A stretch of DNA of 64,000 nt from Vicugna vicugna (taxonomy: Eukaryota). Shown one piece after another: positions 1-12,929 of the stretch (its first letter is position 1; each line of letters starts with the position of its first letter). The stretch is taken from assembly GCA_013265495.1 (NCBI GenBank), contig MU058584.1, positions 3,104,508-3,168,507 of the forward strand, written 5' to 3'. The notes beneath the pieces were generated by a model. That model did not search any database, was not told where the DNA came from, and saw only the letters and a program-made list of their open reading frames with translations. The translations under genes were made by a program, and so were the position numbers.

Positions 1-589
1 AGGGAGGGGGGAACCGTCATTTCAGACACAGTGTCAACAAGATTAAAAAAAAATCAATTATTTATGAGAATCACTGCTTTTCTCGAGGCTGAGAACTCTA
101 GAAAGTTTCCATAATTTCTCGTCAAAGGAGTATTGTGTGATGTTGTTGGTAATGTTCTCAAAAGCATTCCATAGTAGTACTACAATAAATTGTATCTGGC
201 TGAGCTTTTCATGAGAGGCCTAACAGGGTAAATGTCAAGGCGAAAATAGAGTAGAAGAAACTTTATGAAATCCAACTTAACCCAAGTTTAGGTTTACAGA
301 TTTCTGATAGTCTGGCTTAATTTAAGAGTAAAATTTCTAAATCTATAGGATAGGTAGGATGTTTGTCCTTTAAACAACTCCTAATAAATATTACGTCTTG
401 TAACACCTGATAAGATTGCTTTTTCCTGATAAGATTTTGATAAGCAACTCTTCATAAATATTATTTCTTTACCTTCTGATGACATTCTGCTGAGCACACA
501 ATTTAAGGTTGCAATCCATGTTAAGATAATTTGAGTTTAGATACTTTGTGTTGTCAACTTAAGGGCAGAGGGTAATGTCTCCTCCATGT

Positions 590-1690
590 TTGTATCTTCC
601 CTATCCTTTACAGCAAAGCCACTTGAAAGAACTGTCCATGTTCCATGTCTTCACTTCCTCACCAAGCATTATCTTCCTAATCTATACAATCTGGCTTCTG
701 TCCCCCATTATGCCACTGAAATCCTTCTTGCTAAATCACCAGTTATCTTCGTTTTGCCTTTGAGATACTTAACACACACCTTCCAACCTTTCCTGCCCCG
801 AGAGTCTCCCCTCAACGTCTGTAACACAATTCCTTTCCAACTTCTCTGGCAATATATTTGCAGAGCTCCACTTCTTCTCGGACCCTTTAAATTTCTATGT
901 TTCCTCAAGACTCTCCAACTCAGCCCTTTACTTGTCTTACTCTATATCGTCTCCCTGTGTGATCTCATTTACCTTGTAGACTCAATTACTATTTATAAGC
1001 ATATGACTCTAAAATCTATTCGGAGCCTTTATCTCTCTGCCAGCCCCAAACCATACATCCAACAAAAACTTTCCACCCTATGTCATCCAGGCACTACAAA
1101 TCCAACATGCTCAAACCTGAAATCATCCTCTCTTTTCTTCCCCAGCCTAATCTGTTACTCCTCCAATACTCCCTCTCCTAATGAGAAATCTGGGTTTCTT
1201 GCCAGACTCATGCCTCTCTCCGTACCCTACGTCTAAAATGTCAAGTCCTGTTACATCTACCCCCTCTATATCTACTGAATCTGTACCACCTCTCCATTCC
1301 CACTGCCAACACCTAAATTCAGGTTCTTGCCATTTTTATGTCTGGGATACTTAAAAAGCTTCATAACTTCCCTACCTCCAAAATGATCCCCACTCTGATT
1401 TATCCTCCAAACTACTGCCAGAGTTGTTCTCCTCAAAATCTGACTTCAAACCTCTGTCTGAATCCCTGAATGGTAATGGGAAGCCTTCTGGATACAAGTT
1501 AATCTCTTTACCTTGGTTTATTTAATAGGGACCTTTATGAACTAGGCCCTACTTACTTCTCTAGTCTTGTCTGCCTGGACTTTACACATACCTTCTTTAA
1601 TTTGTTAAACTAAACTATAGTTCCAGACACACACCTTGCTATTTGATCCTCCTCTGCTTTTACATATGCCTATCCTTCTGCCTAGAATAA
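590..1690 (+). mobile_element. LINE2 remnant (reverse transcriptase region to 3' end)
   Basis: AKPLERTV and PHYATEILLAK resemble L2 ORF2 'KLLERVV..HSTETAL'; typical L2 3' sequence follows. Confidence 0.7.
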
Positions 1691-1699
1691 TTAAGGCTT

Positions 1700-1965
1700 A
1701 AAAATGTGGATTCAAAAGCTATAAATGAGCAGGTTCAAATCCCCTCTTTACCACTGACTTAATTCCATCATACCACTGGATGTACAATTCTGAAATCATT
1801 CATGACACTGAATGACCCAGAGCAAGTTATTTAACTTAAACCTCAACTTTCTCATCTCTAAAAATGAGGTAACACCAGTCACTACTACATACAATTAAGA
1901 GAATTTAAAAATTTGTAAAGTGTTAACCTGTGTGTTGCAGGCGGTAAGTACTTAATAAACACCGA
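1700..1965 (+). mobile_element. MIR remnant
   Basis: ggttcaaatcc, then gcaagttatttaac..ctcaactttctcatctctaaaaatgag core. Confidence 0.65.
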
Positions 1966-2995
1966 CCAGAATTTTATTTACTTACATTTTTATTTCGCTA
2001 ATTCACACTAAAGCTCCAAGATTCAGCTAAAGCACTCTCTTAAAGAAAAATCTGACCCCAAGGTTGGTTTGACTACTCTTTCTCTTTACTTTTATAAACT
2101 GAGAATGTATCTCTACAAAAGTATTTACCGCACTGCACTGATCTGGTTTCCCTCTCTGGACTTCTTAAAAGACAGAATTTTCTTCTACTTTGTTTCTCCA
2201 GTGCCTACCGGAGTGACTAACACACAGATTAGATGCATAGTAGCATCTTGCCGTGGAACTAAATGAGTAGGCCATTTAGAAGACATGATACTGCTACACT
2301 ATATTGAACAGCTTTAACCAGAACAGGACACTGCTACAGTCCAGCCTGGTAGAGTCTCTCCTGGGATTTAATAGCAGTCACCTAGTTTCTGAACCAAATA
2401 CATAATTTTACAATTTTTTTCCTGATTTCAGAATCAGAAAGCATCATAAGGTATAAATGCAAATATTCCAATCATTTATAAATTGTCTTTTTGGAACAGA
2501 ATTACAACCTGTAATTAAATTCTAAATTACACCGAAAAAAAACAAAGACATTCACACCAGGTAAAGTTACTCAGCAGAAAATTTCCTACGCCCTAGTGGA
2601 TTTCCATCACCAGTCAGTTCTCAGTAAGGAAACCATGACAACAATAAACACAAGTAACTCAGACTTAACTGGAAATAATCATCTCAGATAAGAAGAACAA
2701 TGCGCTTTACAAACTATGCCAAAAACTCTCAGCCAAGTTCAAAAGCCATGACTGTCAACATCATTCTACTAAAACTGAAATTTCAAAGCTAAGGGCAAAA
2801 GGAACAACTGCTTGAACTTGTCCTACAAAACGGTGAAGAGAATTGAGTAAGATGACGTGTGCAAGTGCTCTGTAAACCATTAACTATACAAACACGAGTC
2901 AGCACTATTAAAAACTTCACTGTGTTTTCATCATCTAAGAACTCATTTTTCCCCAAGAAAACCTGAATTTTCCGTATACCAGTAACTCATCTTAC

Positions 2996-3055
2996 CTATT
3001 TTCTTTTTTTGCTGTCGACCAGCTGACTCTGTTATTGTTTCCTTCTTCTTTTCCA
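2996..3055 (-). CDS. TMCO1: TMCO1 coding exon 3 (LEKKKETITESAGRQQKKKI-E)
   Basis: tttacAG acceptor, GTAAG donor, 60 nt, in phase; later exons not seen and presumably lie left of the window. Confidence 0.97.
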
Positions 3056-5000
3056 CTGTAAACAACATAGGAACACAGTTAAAATTAATTATGCTTTACA
3101 CTAGGGAAACAAAGGATGCTTTATCACAGCTAAACCAACAAAACAAACTTATAAGAAAGTTACACACTGGCTTTGATCATGGAGATGGTTAAGTTCACTG
3201 GTCTTGTTCCCACACCTGCTGACAGTAAAGGGAGACACAATATTCTAAGTGTAAAACAGTAATATCATAGGCATCATTAATCAAATACCCATTTTGTCAA
3301 CACAAAGTCATAATAAAAGTTGAGATGATTTTCAGACCATTACCTGAGGGTGATTGCCTCAGGGAGAGTCTAAGCACAATTTCAGAATTCTGTTCTCTCA
3401 GATGAATTAACTGTAGTTCCATTCTCACACTCACTAAAGAAGGTGAGAATTCATTCAGTTATTGGCTGCCAAAGTAACTGGCACCGTTCTGGGTAGATAA
3501 AAAGATAAACATGATCCTTGCCCTCTAAAAAGAAATCTAGTGAGGGCAGATAATCAAATAACAATTATCATATAGAAAGCTGGCACGACAGCCACATGCA
3601 GAGTAGGAAGACCTGGGGAGCCAAAAAAGCTACAACCGGCTTTTTCTGATGCTTTTGAATTAATATGATGATACGGTAACAGTAAGCTTTTGAAGCCAAA
3701 TAGCGTAACATGTTTCATTTTATATTTACTATCTTTATTCACCTATGAATGGACGAGCAATAAATACATCAAAAATTACCTTCATTTATGTTACCTGCTC
3801 TAATATTATCTTAGAACACTTCCTTTACTCGCCAGTAGTACAGTACACGTATTATTTCTAGAAGTTGCATTAGAGAGAACTGGCAGGTAGGAATCTTTCC
3901 CTTAGCACATTAAGTATGCTGCCTGAATTCTAAAAGCTTAATTGGTGTTAGTCCTTTATCAAAGAGATGGAAAATTCAATTTAATCTCACTATTACAAAT
4001 GAAATGGTGAAGTTCTCACTAAAATAAAACATGAATATATACATTGGGTGTCTAAGTACCAAGTACTGTTCCAGGTAGATAAAAAGATTAAATATACACA
4101 GGGGGAGAAAGAGAGAAATTTAGAATGAACTACTAGTATGAGATCATAAAAGGAAATTAAGTCAAACTCTACAAGATGTTATAGAAACAACATTTCAAAA
4201 GACAGAATGGACAGAAAAGTTGATGCTTTACTCTTTATCATTATTATTTTTTTCTTTATCATTATTATTGACCAAAGAAACAAAAAATATTTCTTTCCCA
4301 CCCCAGAAGGACTATAACACAACTACTTGCCATTTAACCATGATTGCATAAAAAACAAGGGCAAAAAGAAAAGAAAAAAAAAAAAGAAAGCTAGAAAATA
4401 GAAACATAAGATGATACTATGAACATTAACCTGGTCTTCCAGCACATTGGATTGAGACCAGATCAATCTTTTCCAGGGATAATAAAAAATAATCTAATTT
4501 TTTCAACCTCATAAGGTTGCAAAGAAACTCTTTTTCTTAATATTTATTCACCAGAACCTCACCCCATAACAAGAAGTGAAGATGTCAGAATTGACAAAAA
4601 TAAAAGATGTCATCTATAAAACATTTTTGCCCATGACCTGGTATTGCTACATTCTGAATTCCATAGCTGTCAAACAGTTTATAATTCACTCTAGAAGTTT
4701 TACCCCATTTCACTGTAAGCAAAAGAAATATCTCATACTTCATAATAATTTGTACTTAATAAATGCTCTCAAATTATAAGAATCCAATTACATATAGGAC
4801 TTTAATCTTTCTCATTTACTGAAGTGCTCTTTCACTAGTCTAAGTTATAAAAGTAACACAATGAAAGAAGACTTACTGATATTTACAGCACACTCATAAG
4901 TTTACAGACCACCTGAATAAAACAAATCGATACCTTCAAGAAAGCATCTTAAGTCAAGGCCCCACTACGGTAGGACAACTTTTTAAATAATACCAGTATT

Positions 5001-5143
5001 GGAGGGGGAAGGTATAGCTCAGTGGTAGAGTGCGTGCTTAGCACGCACGAGGTCCTGGGTTCAATTCCTACTACTCTCATTAAAAATAAAGAAAGAAACC
5101 TAATTACCTCCCCCCCCCCAAAAATGCTAAATAAATAAATAAA
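5001..5143 (+). mobile_element. tRNA-Ala-derived SINE (camelid Vic-1-like)
   Basis: Head GGTATAGCTCAGTGGTAGAG..CTTAGCACGCACGAGGTCCTGGGTTCAATTCC; A-rich tail; target-site duplication (TSD) ACCAGTATT at 4992-5000 and 5144-5152. Confidence 0.9.
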
Positions 5144-5337
5144 ACCAGTATTCTTCAAATAATGCCTATGATCAGATCTGCACAAGAAAAGAAATCTACA
5201 TCTAATTCTGATTCAAATCTATTTGTATTTCTTTATATTCCTCAAAACCCTACAAATTTCTCTTGCCTAGATCCTGACCAAATTTTGAACAGAGAATGTC
5301 AGAAGGGGTTATGTGTTTGCAATTAAGACATCTGTTC

Positions 5338-5364
5338 ATACACACACACACACACACACACACA
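5338..5364. repeat. (CA)n microsatellite
   Basis: Direct reading. Confidence 0.95.
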
Positions 5365-6079
5365 AAATAGACACCTGTTCAGAGTGGGAATTAACCTTAT
5401 TTCTTCCTGTTAAATATCCCCCATGCTAAATATAACAGCTGTCCATTTAATTACAGATATCTAGAAGACAGATATTTATAGTATCTATGCCCCTCCATTC
5501 TGTATTGCACTCATCATGGTAAACTCTACACAGAGCAAGCAATCACATGTGTCAACTGATCATATAAATGAAAAGAACACATGCTCACTGAGTTTTGATT
5601 GACTACCTAAAGTGGAGGACCTGAGACCATAAGAAACGCCATGAGACACTCCAATCATCATCAGCCTACCTCATACTTACATTCAAAGCAAGCACTTCAG
5701 GCAATTATATTAAAAGTTACATTAGGGAAGCTTTGCCTGGCAAATATATTACTTTGAATTTAGGTGTCAAGTGAAGACGACTTAATTTATTTCTATAATA
5801 TAGATAACTAGAAACAAGGCAATTACTTATGGACACTAAAGCAGCCCAAAATCTATAGAGGAGATTCATATTCACATAAGAATTTAAGGTATGAGAATAT
5901 TCATCCAAACAAACTTGAAGCTAAATGTGTTGTGTATTTCAGAAGGCTACTCCATGATATATGTGACATGAAGAAATGTGGATAAGGCTGCCACTGTGTG
6001 CTGACTAAACAGTTTATGATCATAGAACAATCCTCACAAAGAATATATATGTGATGCTATAGAGATAACTTACTCTTCC

Positions 6080-8120
6080 ATCTATTCAACACACTTATCT
6101 CAAGTATTGAACCTTAGCCAGGCAGTGTGTTAAGTGCTAGAGATACAATGGCCTTTGCCCTCCTAGAAATTACAGTTTAGTTGGAGAAAGAACATTATTT
6201 GAATAATAATAATCATATACAGATAAAACTGCAATTAAGACAAGTTCTCTAAGGGGAAGTATATGGATAAATTAATGCCCATGATAGGAAATCTCACCCT
6301 GTTGGTGAGACTAAATAAGGCTGTGAGATCTGAAGAATGAGTAGGAGTTTACTGGACAAAATAAGGGAAAATTATTCCAGGTAGAGCAAAAGCAGATACA
6401 AAAACTCAGCCCCATAGTAGGAAAAAGCAAGATTAATTCAGAGGATGGAAAAAAAGTCCGAGTGGCTAGAGAAGAGAGAGCTGGGAAAAATACAACATCG
6501 ATGTAATCGGAGGGGCGGGGAGGGAGGCACCAGACCATGCTGGACCTAAAGCAATGGGAAGAAATTGCATGTTTTAAGAAGGGCAAATAACACTATCAGA
6601 TTTGTGCTTTGAAAAATTACCCCAGGTGTTACTGTAAGGGGCTGCACGTAGACCAGTGAGGATGCTATTTCAGATCAAATGAAATGTGACAGGAGTTTGG
6701 ACTAGGTGGTGATGGCAGAAGTGAAGAGATGTATAAAGACTGAAAACTCTTCAGGAGAACAGTATCAGAGCTTGACAGTGGACTGCACATACAGGGCAAG
6801 AGAAGAAAGTATTCAAATCAACAAATATTTATTAGACATTTATCACATGCTAGTCACTGTTCTAGGTGTGTAGAGTATACACCAGTGAACGATGACGATA
6901 AAAAAAAAAAAACTCTGTCCTAATGCAGCTTTTATTCTAACAGGTGAATAGGAAAAAAAACCCCAAAACACAGAACAAGACAAGACAGATGAGGCGCAGA
7001 GGTAGAGGAGGTGGGAAGACTGCAGTTTTAAATAGGGTAGTCAAGTTAAGATAAACTGAGGTGAGCTCTGAACAAAGATTTGAAGAAAATATGAGGGTCA
7101 GCCAAGCAGGTATCATAGAGAAGAACATTCTAGGTACAGGGAACAGCCATTAGAAAGGTCCCAGCATAGGAGTGAGGCTGATGTGCAGTGAGGAACAGTA
7201 AGCAGGTCAGTGTAGGTGGAGCAGAGTGAGAGAGGGAAAGAATATCAGAGCCGTAACAGGGAAAGCTCTGTAGCCACTGGAAAAACTTTGGCTTTTTCTC
7301 TGAGTGAAAATGGGACACGATCACAGGGTTATGAGGAAGGACATGATCTGACACACTTTTTTTTGATGCACTTTTAAAAGGAATAATCTGGCAGCTATCT
7401 TGAGAAAAGACTACAGGCAAACCTGAACACTTGTTGGAGATTATTACAATTCATGCAAAGGATGATGGTGGCAAGGACTATGGTAGTTATCAGAGGAAGT
7501 GATGTAAAGAGGTCAGATTCTGGATATATCTGAAGGGAGCCCATCAGTACTGGATGTGGGCTGTGAGAGAAGAGTCCAAGGTAACACAAGGATTATGTTC
7601 TGAACAATTGGAAGGATAGAATTACCACTGGCCAAGATTGTGAAGGCTACAAATGAAGGAGGAGTGGAAGCGAGGATCTAATATTCTATCTGGACAGGTT
7701 GGGTTTGAAATGTACATGAGACATTCCAGTGGAATTAACAAATTGATAGTTGGATATATGAATCTTGCATTAAGAAGAGAGGGCTAAGGATGTAAGTTTG
7801 CGGGTCACTGGCAAATAGAGCACATAAAATGAGTTCACCAAGGGAGTGAGTAGAGAGGAAAAAAACAAATTTGGGGTCATCCTCAACAACACAAGGTCAC
7901 AAATAGGAACCAACAAGGAAATTGCAGAAGAATGGCCAGCAAGATGAGAGCAAAATCAAGAGAGTGTGGCATCCTGGAAGCCAAATGAAGAAAGCATAGC
8001 AAGATTTCTGGCTTGCACCACTGGAAACGAGGACGTCCCATTCACCAAACAGAAACCCTGGAAGGGGATCACATTTATGAAAACAAAGATAATGGGCTTG
8101 GTTTTAAATATGTTCAGGTG
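6080..8120 (-). mobile_element. LINE2 fragments (at least two)
   Basis: attcaacacacttatc / aacaaatatttattagac L2 termini followed by purine-rich L2 body. Confidence 0.7.
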
Positions 8121-9053
8121 CATTATCAACACTGAATAAGTAAAGGAACAGTAAATTGTAATTTAAAAGGCCTGAGTTAGTTTGTAATTCTTTGCTCTGT
8201 GACATTAATATGTCATTTAAACTTTTTGAGCCTCACTCTCCTTTTTTATAAAGAGAAAACAATATTTATACAACTGACTACAAATGGTTGCTATGTGGAT
8301 TAAATGGGATATTGTAAGAAAGAAAACTTCAAACTCTTACAAAGATATAAAGAAAAGTGATAGAACACAAAAAGTCAGAGGACTTTGAAGATGCAAAAGC
8401 TAGATTTCATCTTTATGAAGCAGAGAAGGCTGAAAAATCAAACCAATAAGGAACCATTCACATTATACCTCTAGCAGCCTCCTCAGCTGTATCCTATGGA
8501 ATCTGTTTTATTTCAAGGACAACAGACTCTACTCATACTTAACCTCTTCCTCAAATACACTAGCCATCTCACCCAACTGAAAGCTGGCTTATCTCTGAAG
8601 ACACTACTTACGTTGATACCAATCCTAATGGTCTGTTGTTCTCCAAACACAGCTTACTCATTATAATTTCCCTATTTTTGCACATAAGCTATTTCCTTTG
8701 CCTAGAATTCCTTTCCCCATCTCACTCCCTATCCAAATTCTAACTATCCCTGAAGGACTCAAGGCTATCTGCATCACAAAGGCTTCCATGGCCCCTCACA
8801 ACTGCATGGGAACTCTTCTTTAGAACCACCATAGCACATAACAATTACTGCGCCTGTCCCTTACAGCCCGGTAGTTTGTATTATACATTTTGCATAAAAG
8901 TCTTACATTTCTAAATAGACTTCAAGTCGGATTCATCTTTGTATTCCTATAAAGTTTTTACATCAGTTGGTGTTCCTAAAATATCTACTGTGAACATGCA
9001 CTCAGTGAGCTTGATGTGTTGAAACTATTTCTAAAGGATGTTGCCATACTCAC

Positions 9054-9131
9054 ATTTTTTACTCTGTTTTTCCACTTCTGCCTTCAGTCTCTTGTACTTG
9101 TCTGTCCTGTAAACCAGGACCCAGGTTATAC
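9054..9131 (-). CDS. TMCO1: TMCO1 coding exon 2 (GITWVLVYRTDKYKRLKAEVEKQSKK-L)
   Basis: ttcAG acceptor, GTGAGT donor, 78 nt, phase continuous with exon 1; peptide matches TMCO1. Confidence 0.98.
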
Positions 9132-9399
9132 CTGAAACATTGAAAGCAGCATGCTAATAGGGAAATGTCTGAAACGGTCACAACAGCCTTTATTAGTGGT
9201 CACCGTTGGATAAGAATGGATTTCAACTTTTTCCTGTACATTTATCGGTAGTTAACTTTTTTCAAATGTGAAAACAACTGACTCTTCAACCAAAACTGTG
9301 CCATGATACGAAGGTGTCTCCAAACACGCAAGTGAAATCTACCCTAGACCAAAGAAACCTCGGCAATCGATTCCACACGAACTCTCCCGACCCTGGAGT

Positions 9400-10180
9400 A
9401 GAGTAAACCCCTGCCCCCACCCTTAACAAAGGAAGCAAGGCTCGCGACCTCTCCCTTGGTGGCGCGAGGGACCCCGGGCCTAGGAGCGTTCCCCTGGGGG
9501 ACTGATCAAACGTCAGAAAAGCAGCCGCTCTCACCCTCGGCAAGCAGAGCCGTGCACACGGAGATAAAAACGATAAGCAGCGTGTCCGCGAACATGGTGC
9601 TCATCTCGCGCTTCGGTCTCTGCACTCCCACCCGCCAGGGGGGAAGCGCTCGAGAGCCAGGAAAAGTGAAGCGAAAACAACTTTCCTATATTTCACGACC
9701 ACCAAGTAACACACCGACTCTGACAGACTGGAAGGCGCACTTCCGCTTCCTGGGCGCAGCGCCGGAAGTGCTCGTCCCGGCGCGCCGTCTGGCCCCGAGA
9801 ATCCAGCGGAAATCGAGTCGCAAGTCTCCGGGGCTGATGGGCTGGCGCTCAGGCCGAATCTCGCGAGAGTTGGAACTGGAACAGCTGAGACCTAGTATCG
9901 GCAACGTTGACTTCGTCTTGGGAAGCGTTTGCGCCCGGAGGTGCGGCTGCGCGACTTCTTTTCGGCCAGGATCCACTTGTTTGGACTCGTCGACACTTCT
10001 GCCTCAGGCCCACCTCTAAGGCCTAGTAGATAGTTTAGCCTAGGTTTGCGTAAAGTGGGGAGATTGACTTCCGCAAATACTTGCTGAACGCCTGTTTCGA
10101 TGCCAGGCCACGGATCTGGGACTGGGGACGCGAACATCAGTGAGTCGTGGGCCGCTGGCTTCCAGTAACTCACGTCCTAG
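9400..10180. promoter_or_regulatory. TMCO1 CpG-island promoter, probably bidirectional
   Basis: High CpG density; ETS/GABP-type CACTTCCG and CCGGAAGTG at about 9738-9770; palindrome TCTCGCGAGA at 9859-9868. Confidence 0.85.
9535..9604 (-). CDS. TMCO1: TMCO1 coding exon 1 (MSTMFADTLLIVFISVCTALLAE-G)
   Basis: ATG at 9604-9602; translation matches the known TMCO1 N-terminus; GTGAG donor starts at 9534; 70 nt coding. Confidence 0.98.
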
Positions 10181-11479
10181 CACAGGAGGGAGACTTGTAC
10201 ATGCGGTGTGATTAGGGTTTTAATAGATGTACCACCAGAATGCTGCGATGACCCAGTTGAGGGGGTGGTCAGAGAAAGCTTGTGAAAGGAATTGAAGCAG
10301 TGACTTAAAGGAGTCAGTGTTTTTGGAAAAAGCAACGGTCTTTCTAGGCAAAGTGAAAGGCAAATCACGGGTGCTTGAAAATACCTGTTGTGTAATTGAA
10401 CAGTGAGTGGTGTGTCTACAGAAGGGGTCCTAAACTCAAATGCACACCGTGGTCAGATACAAATAATCTTACACAGGCTGGGCATAAGAAAATGATGGGA
10501 GGTACTACGAGGAATAAGGGAGCACTAACTTTGTCTGATAGGAGCAATTGATAACACACATCCAACCAATGTCCCTCAAATGAGCATCCAGTTTCCAATA
10601 TCTTCCCACTTTTCAAGAAAATCCAGAAATCCTGACTTTCTGTGATATTTCTAAAGTTCAGTTTATAAATGCTGGTAACTCATTAAAATTTTAAAATGCT
10701 ATATAGGTTAAAGAAGTTGTCTCAGCAGCTTGATTTCAGCCTCTTCAGCTTTCCCAGACTGATTATGTCTGTGTGAGTGTGTATGTAAATCTGGAAGCTG
10801 GCTGAACTGTCTCACCTTGACATGTACTTTCTATCGTTGGTTCTTTTCTCCTAAACTCCAACATAGATTATTTATAGTTTTTTCATAACACTATTTTTGG
10901 CCTTTATTAGTTATATGTGCATTTCTTGTCTTCCCTTGAGTCTTAGTGGCAGTGACCCTGTCTCCTTTTAACAGACATTGAGCTTCTAATATGTGTCAGA
11001 AACAGTGGTGGGCACTGTAAGCTTCAGACCAGGTGATGAGGATACTATTCCTGACTTCTTTGGAAGCTATAGATTATAATAAGATATAATAGAGGTATTC
11101 ATAAAATGTTATGGGAGCACAGACAAAGGCAAGACTGGGTCTTTCTGGAGGAGTTGGGAGAACTTCATCACATTTGAACTAGACCTTGATTTGAGTAGAA
11201 GTTCAGATAGGGTGGTTTTTATTCAACTTTGTATCACCCATGAATAATGTTGAGGTACAACGGAGCATGACCTTTGAAGTCAGACCTGGTTTTCAATTCT
11301 CACTTTGCCATTTAATTGAGCAAACTGAGCAGTCCTTGAGCATATCGCTTAACAGCTTTGAGCCTTTTTTATAAAATGGTGACACCACCACCAGCTTCAT
11401 AAAACTGTTATGAAGGTTAAGTTAGAAAGAGTATATTATAAAGCATTTAAAGCTGTTCGCGGCACAGTTCATTAAATCC

Positions 11480-11632
11480 AGCCTGCTACTATCGATTGTA
11501 AGATGCACTATTATTTTATATACTACTAAGAAAAAACTAGTTAAGCCATGACACACCATTGAGTGTAAGATGCATCCCATTCAGAGGTATTAAAATGGGG
11601 GGGGTGGAGTCTTACAATCAGGGAGATACAGT
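11480..11632. mobile_element. MER96B-like DNA transposon remnant
   Basis: atcgattgtaagatgcac ... gtcttacaatcagggagatacagta. Confidence 0.55.
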
Positions 11633-11712
11633 AATAAAAAGCATTTCAGTTACTCCTATGTTAATGTTTACTACAGAACTGTAGACTGGTAGGATAACAT
11701 TTCCTTCTCTAG

Positions 11713-11805
11713 GGCAACAATATCATGGCCCTAAGCCCCTTACAATGCTGGAGGCAATTTCAATGATATCTTTACTTTACTACTATCTTTACTACATGCT
11801 ACCAG
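11713..11805 (+). pseudogene. Candidate relic exon, TPC-like domain I S2 (PKPLTMLEAISMISLLYY)
   Basis: ttccttctctAG acceptor and CAG/GTGTGT donor; weak resemblance to TPC2 'EPPCGLTESVEVLCLLVF' (from memory). Confidence 0.35.
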
Positions 11806-11899
11806 GTGTGTATCATGTCTCTAAGCTTTCAGTTGTACTAATTTTTGGTACATAGAAAGGTCACAGTAAATGTTAACTATTATTATTATTATTGGTTCT

Positions 11900-12450
11900 T
11901 ATTAAACCACCTAGCACATAATCCTTGGATGAATTTTTTTCTCATTCCATTCATTTTCCCTGTGACCTTGCTTTCTTCAGTACCCTCAGTTACCATCTAT
12001 CTATTGATGATTGATAAAATAATATCTATAGCCTAGTTTCTTTTCTGATTTTCAGACCTAGTATCTAACTATCAACTGGGCATTTCCATCTGGATATCCA
12101 AACGGAACCTAGCCAATTGTCTTACCCAAACTCCAATTATGTATTCCTCCCTTATTCTCTTGATAAGTAGCACCATCACCTACCTAGTTTTTCAAGCCAG
12201 AAATACAGAAAGTATCCTTAATAACTCCCTCTTCTTTATCCTACATGTCTAATCACCAAGTTTGATAAAGTCTTCCTCCTTCATATCTCTTTTTCCATGT
12301 CTTTCAATCTTCTTTACTACACTTTATTTTAAGCCATCATTGCCTCCCTCTGTAATACAGCCTTCTAACTCTTTAGTCTCCAGTTATACACCCAACTCTG
12401 TCCCCCTCCAGGCCATTCTTTTCATGTAGCCAATAGTGATCTTTCTCAAA
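11900..12450 (+). mobile_element. LINE2 remnant
   Basis: Pyrimidine-rich L2 3' region (gcaccatcacctacctagtttttcaagccagaaa). Confidence 0.65.
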
Positions 12451-12929
12451 TACAGAGATGATTAGATATCAAGAATTTGGAAGAGGAAGGACTTGAAGGC
12501 AGTGGATGTACTTGAGGAGATGCACAAATCTCCTGATACCGTACACTACAAAGAACTTCACATGTGCATTTTTTAAGTCAAAGAATTATAATTTTCATCA
12601 AATTCTCTTAAGAAGTTTATAAACCAGTAAATGTTAAGAATTATTTATGTTGAACATTTGATGGACTGATAAAAAGTATTATTGGTGTTGTAGCCAGTTA
12701 GTCCTCAAAAATTTTCTACTACAGTACTCCTTAGGAGCAGAAGGGAGAGAATAAGAGCCTAAGATCTGGAGATAGAGCCTGAACTTTGGAACTTTATATT
12801 TATCCTAACGTTCTATGTGAATTTCACAATAAGGACCTCATATTAATGCTTCCATATCAAAAGATATTCAACCTCATTAGTGGCAAGGGAAACTGCAACT
12901 TAGGGCGACTACATTCAGTTTGCAAAAAG

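Noticed and set aside
586..1236. 216-aa ORF
   Set aside because: Decayed LINE2 reverse-transcriptase sequence antisense within a TMCO1 intron; L2 similarity is confined to the start
5005..5080. tRNA-Ala gene
   Set aside because: Acceptor stem is degenerate, and the SINE body, tail and TSD are present, so this is a SINE head
9456..10019. 187-aa plus-strand ORF over the TMCO1 promoter
   Set aside because: GC-rich, antisense to exon 1, no recognisable domain
12456..12570. Possible TPC S2-S3 exon (MIRYQEFGRGRT*RQWMYL)
   Set aside because: Similarity too weak, and the apparent acceptor derives from the adjacent L2
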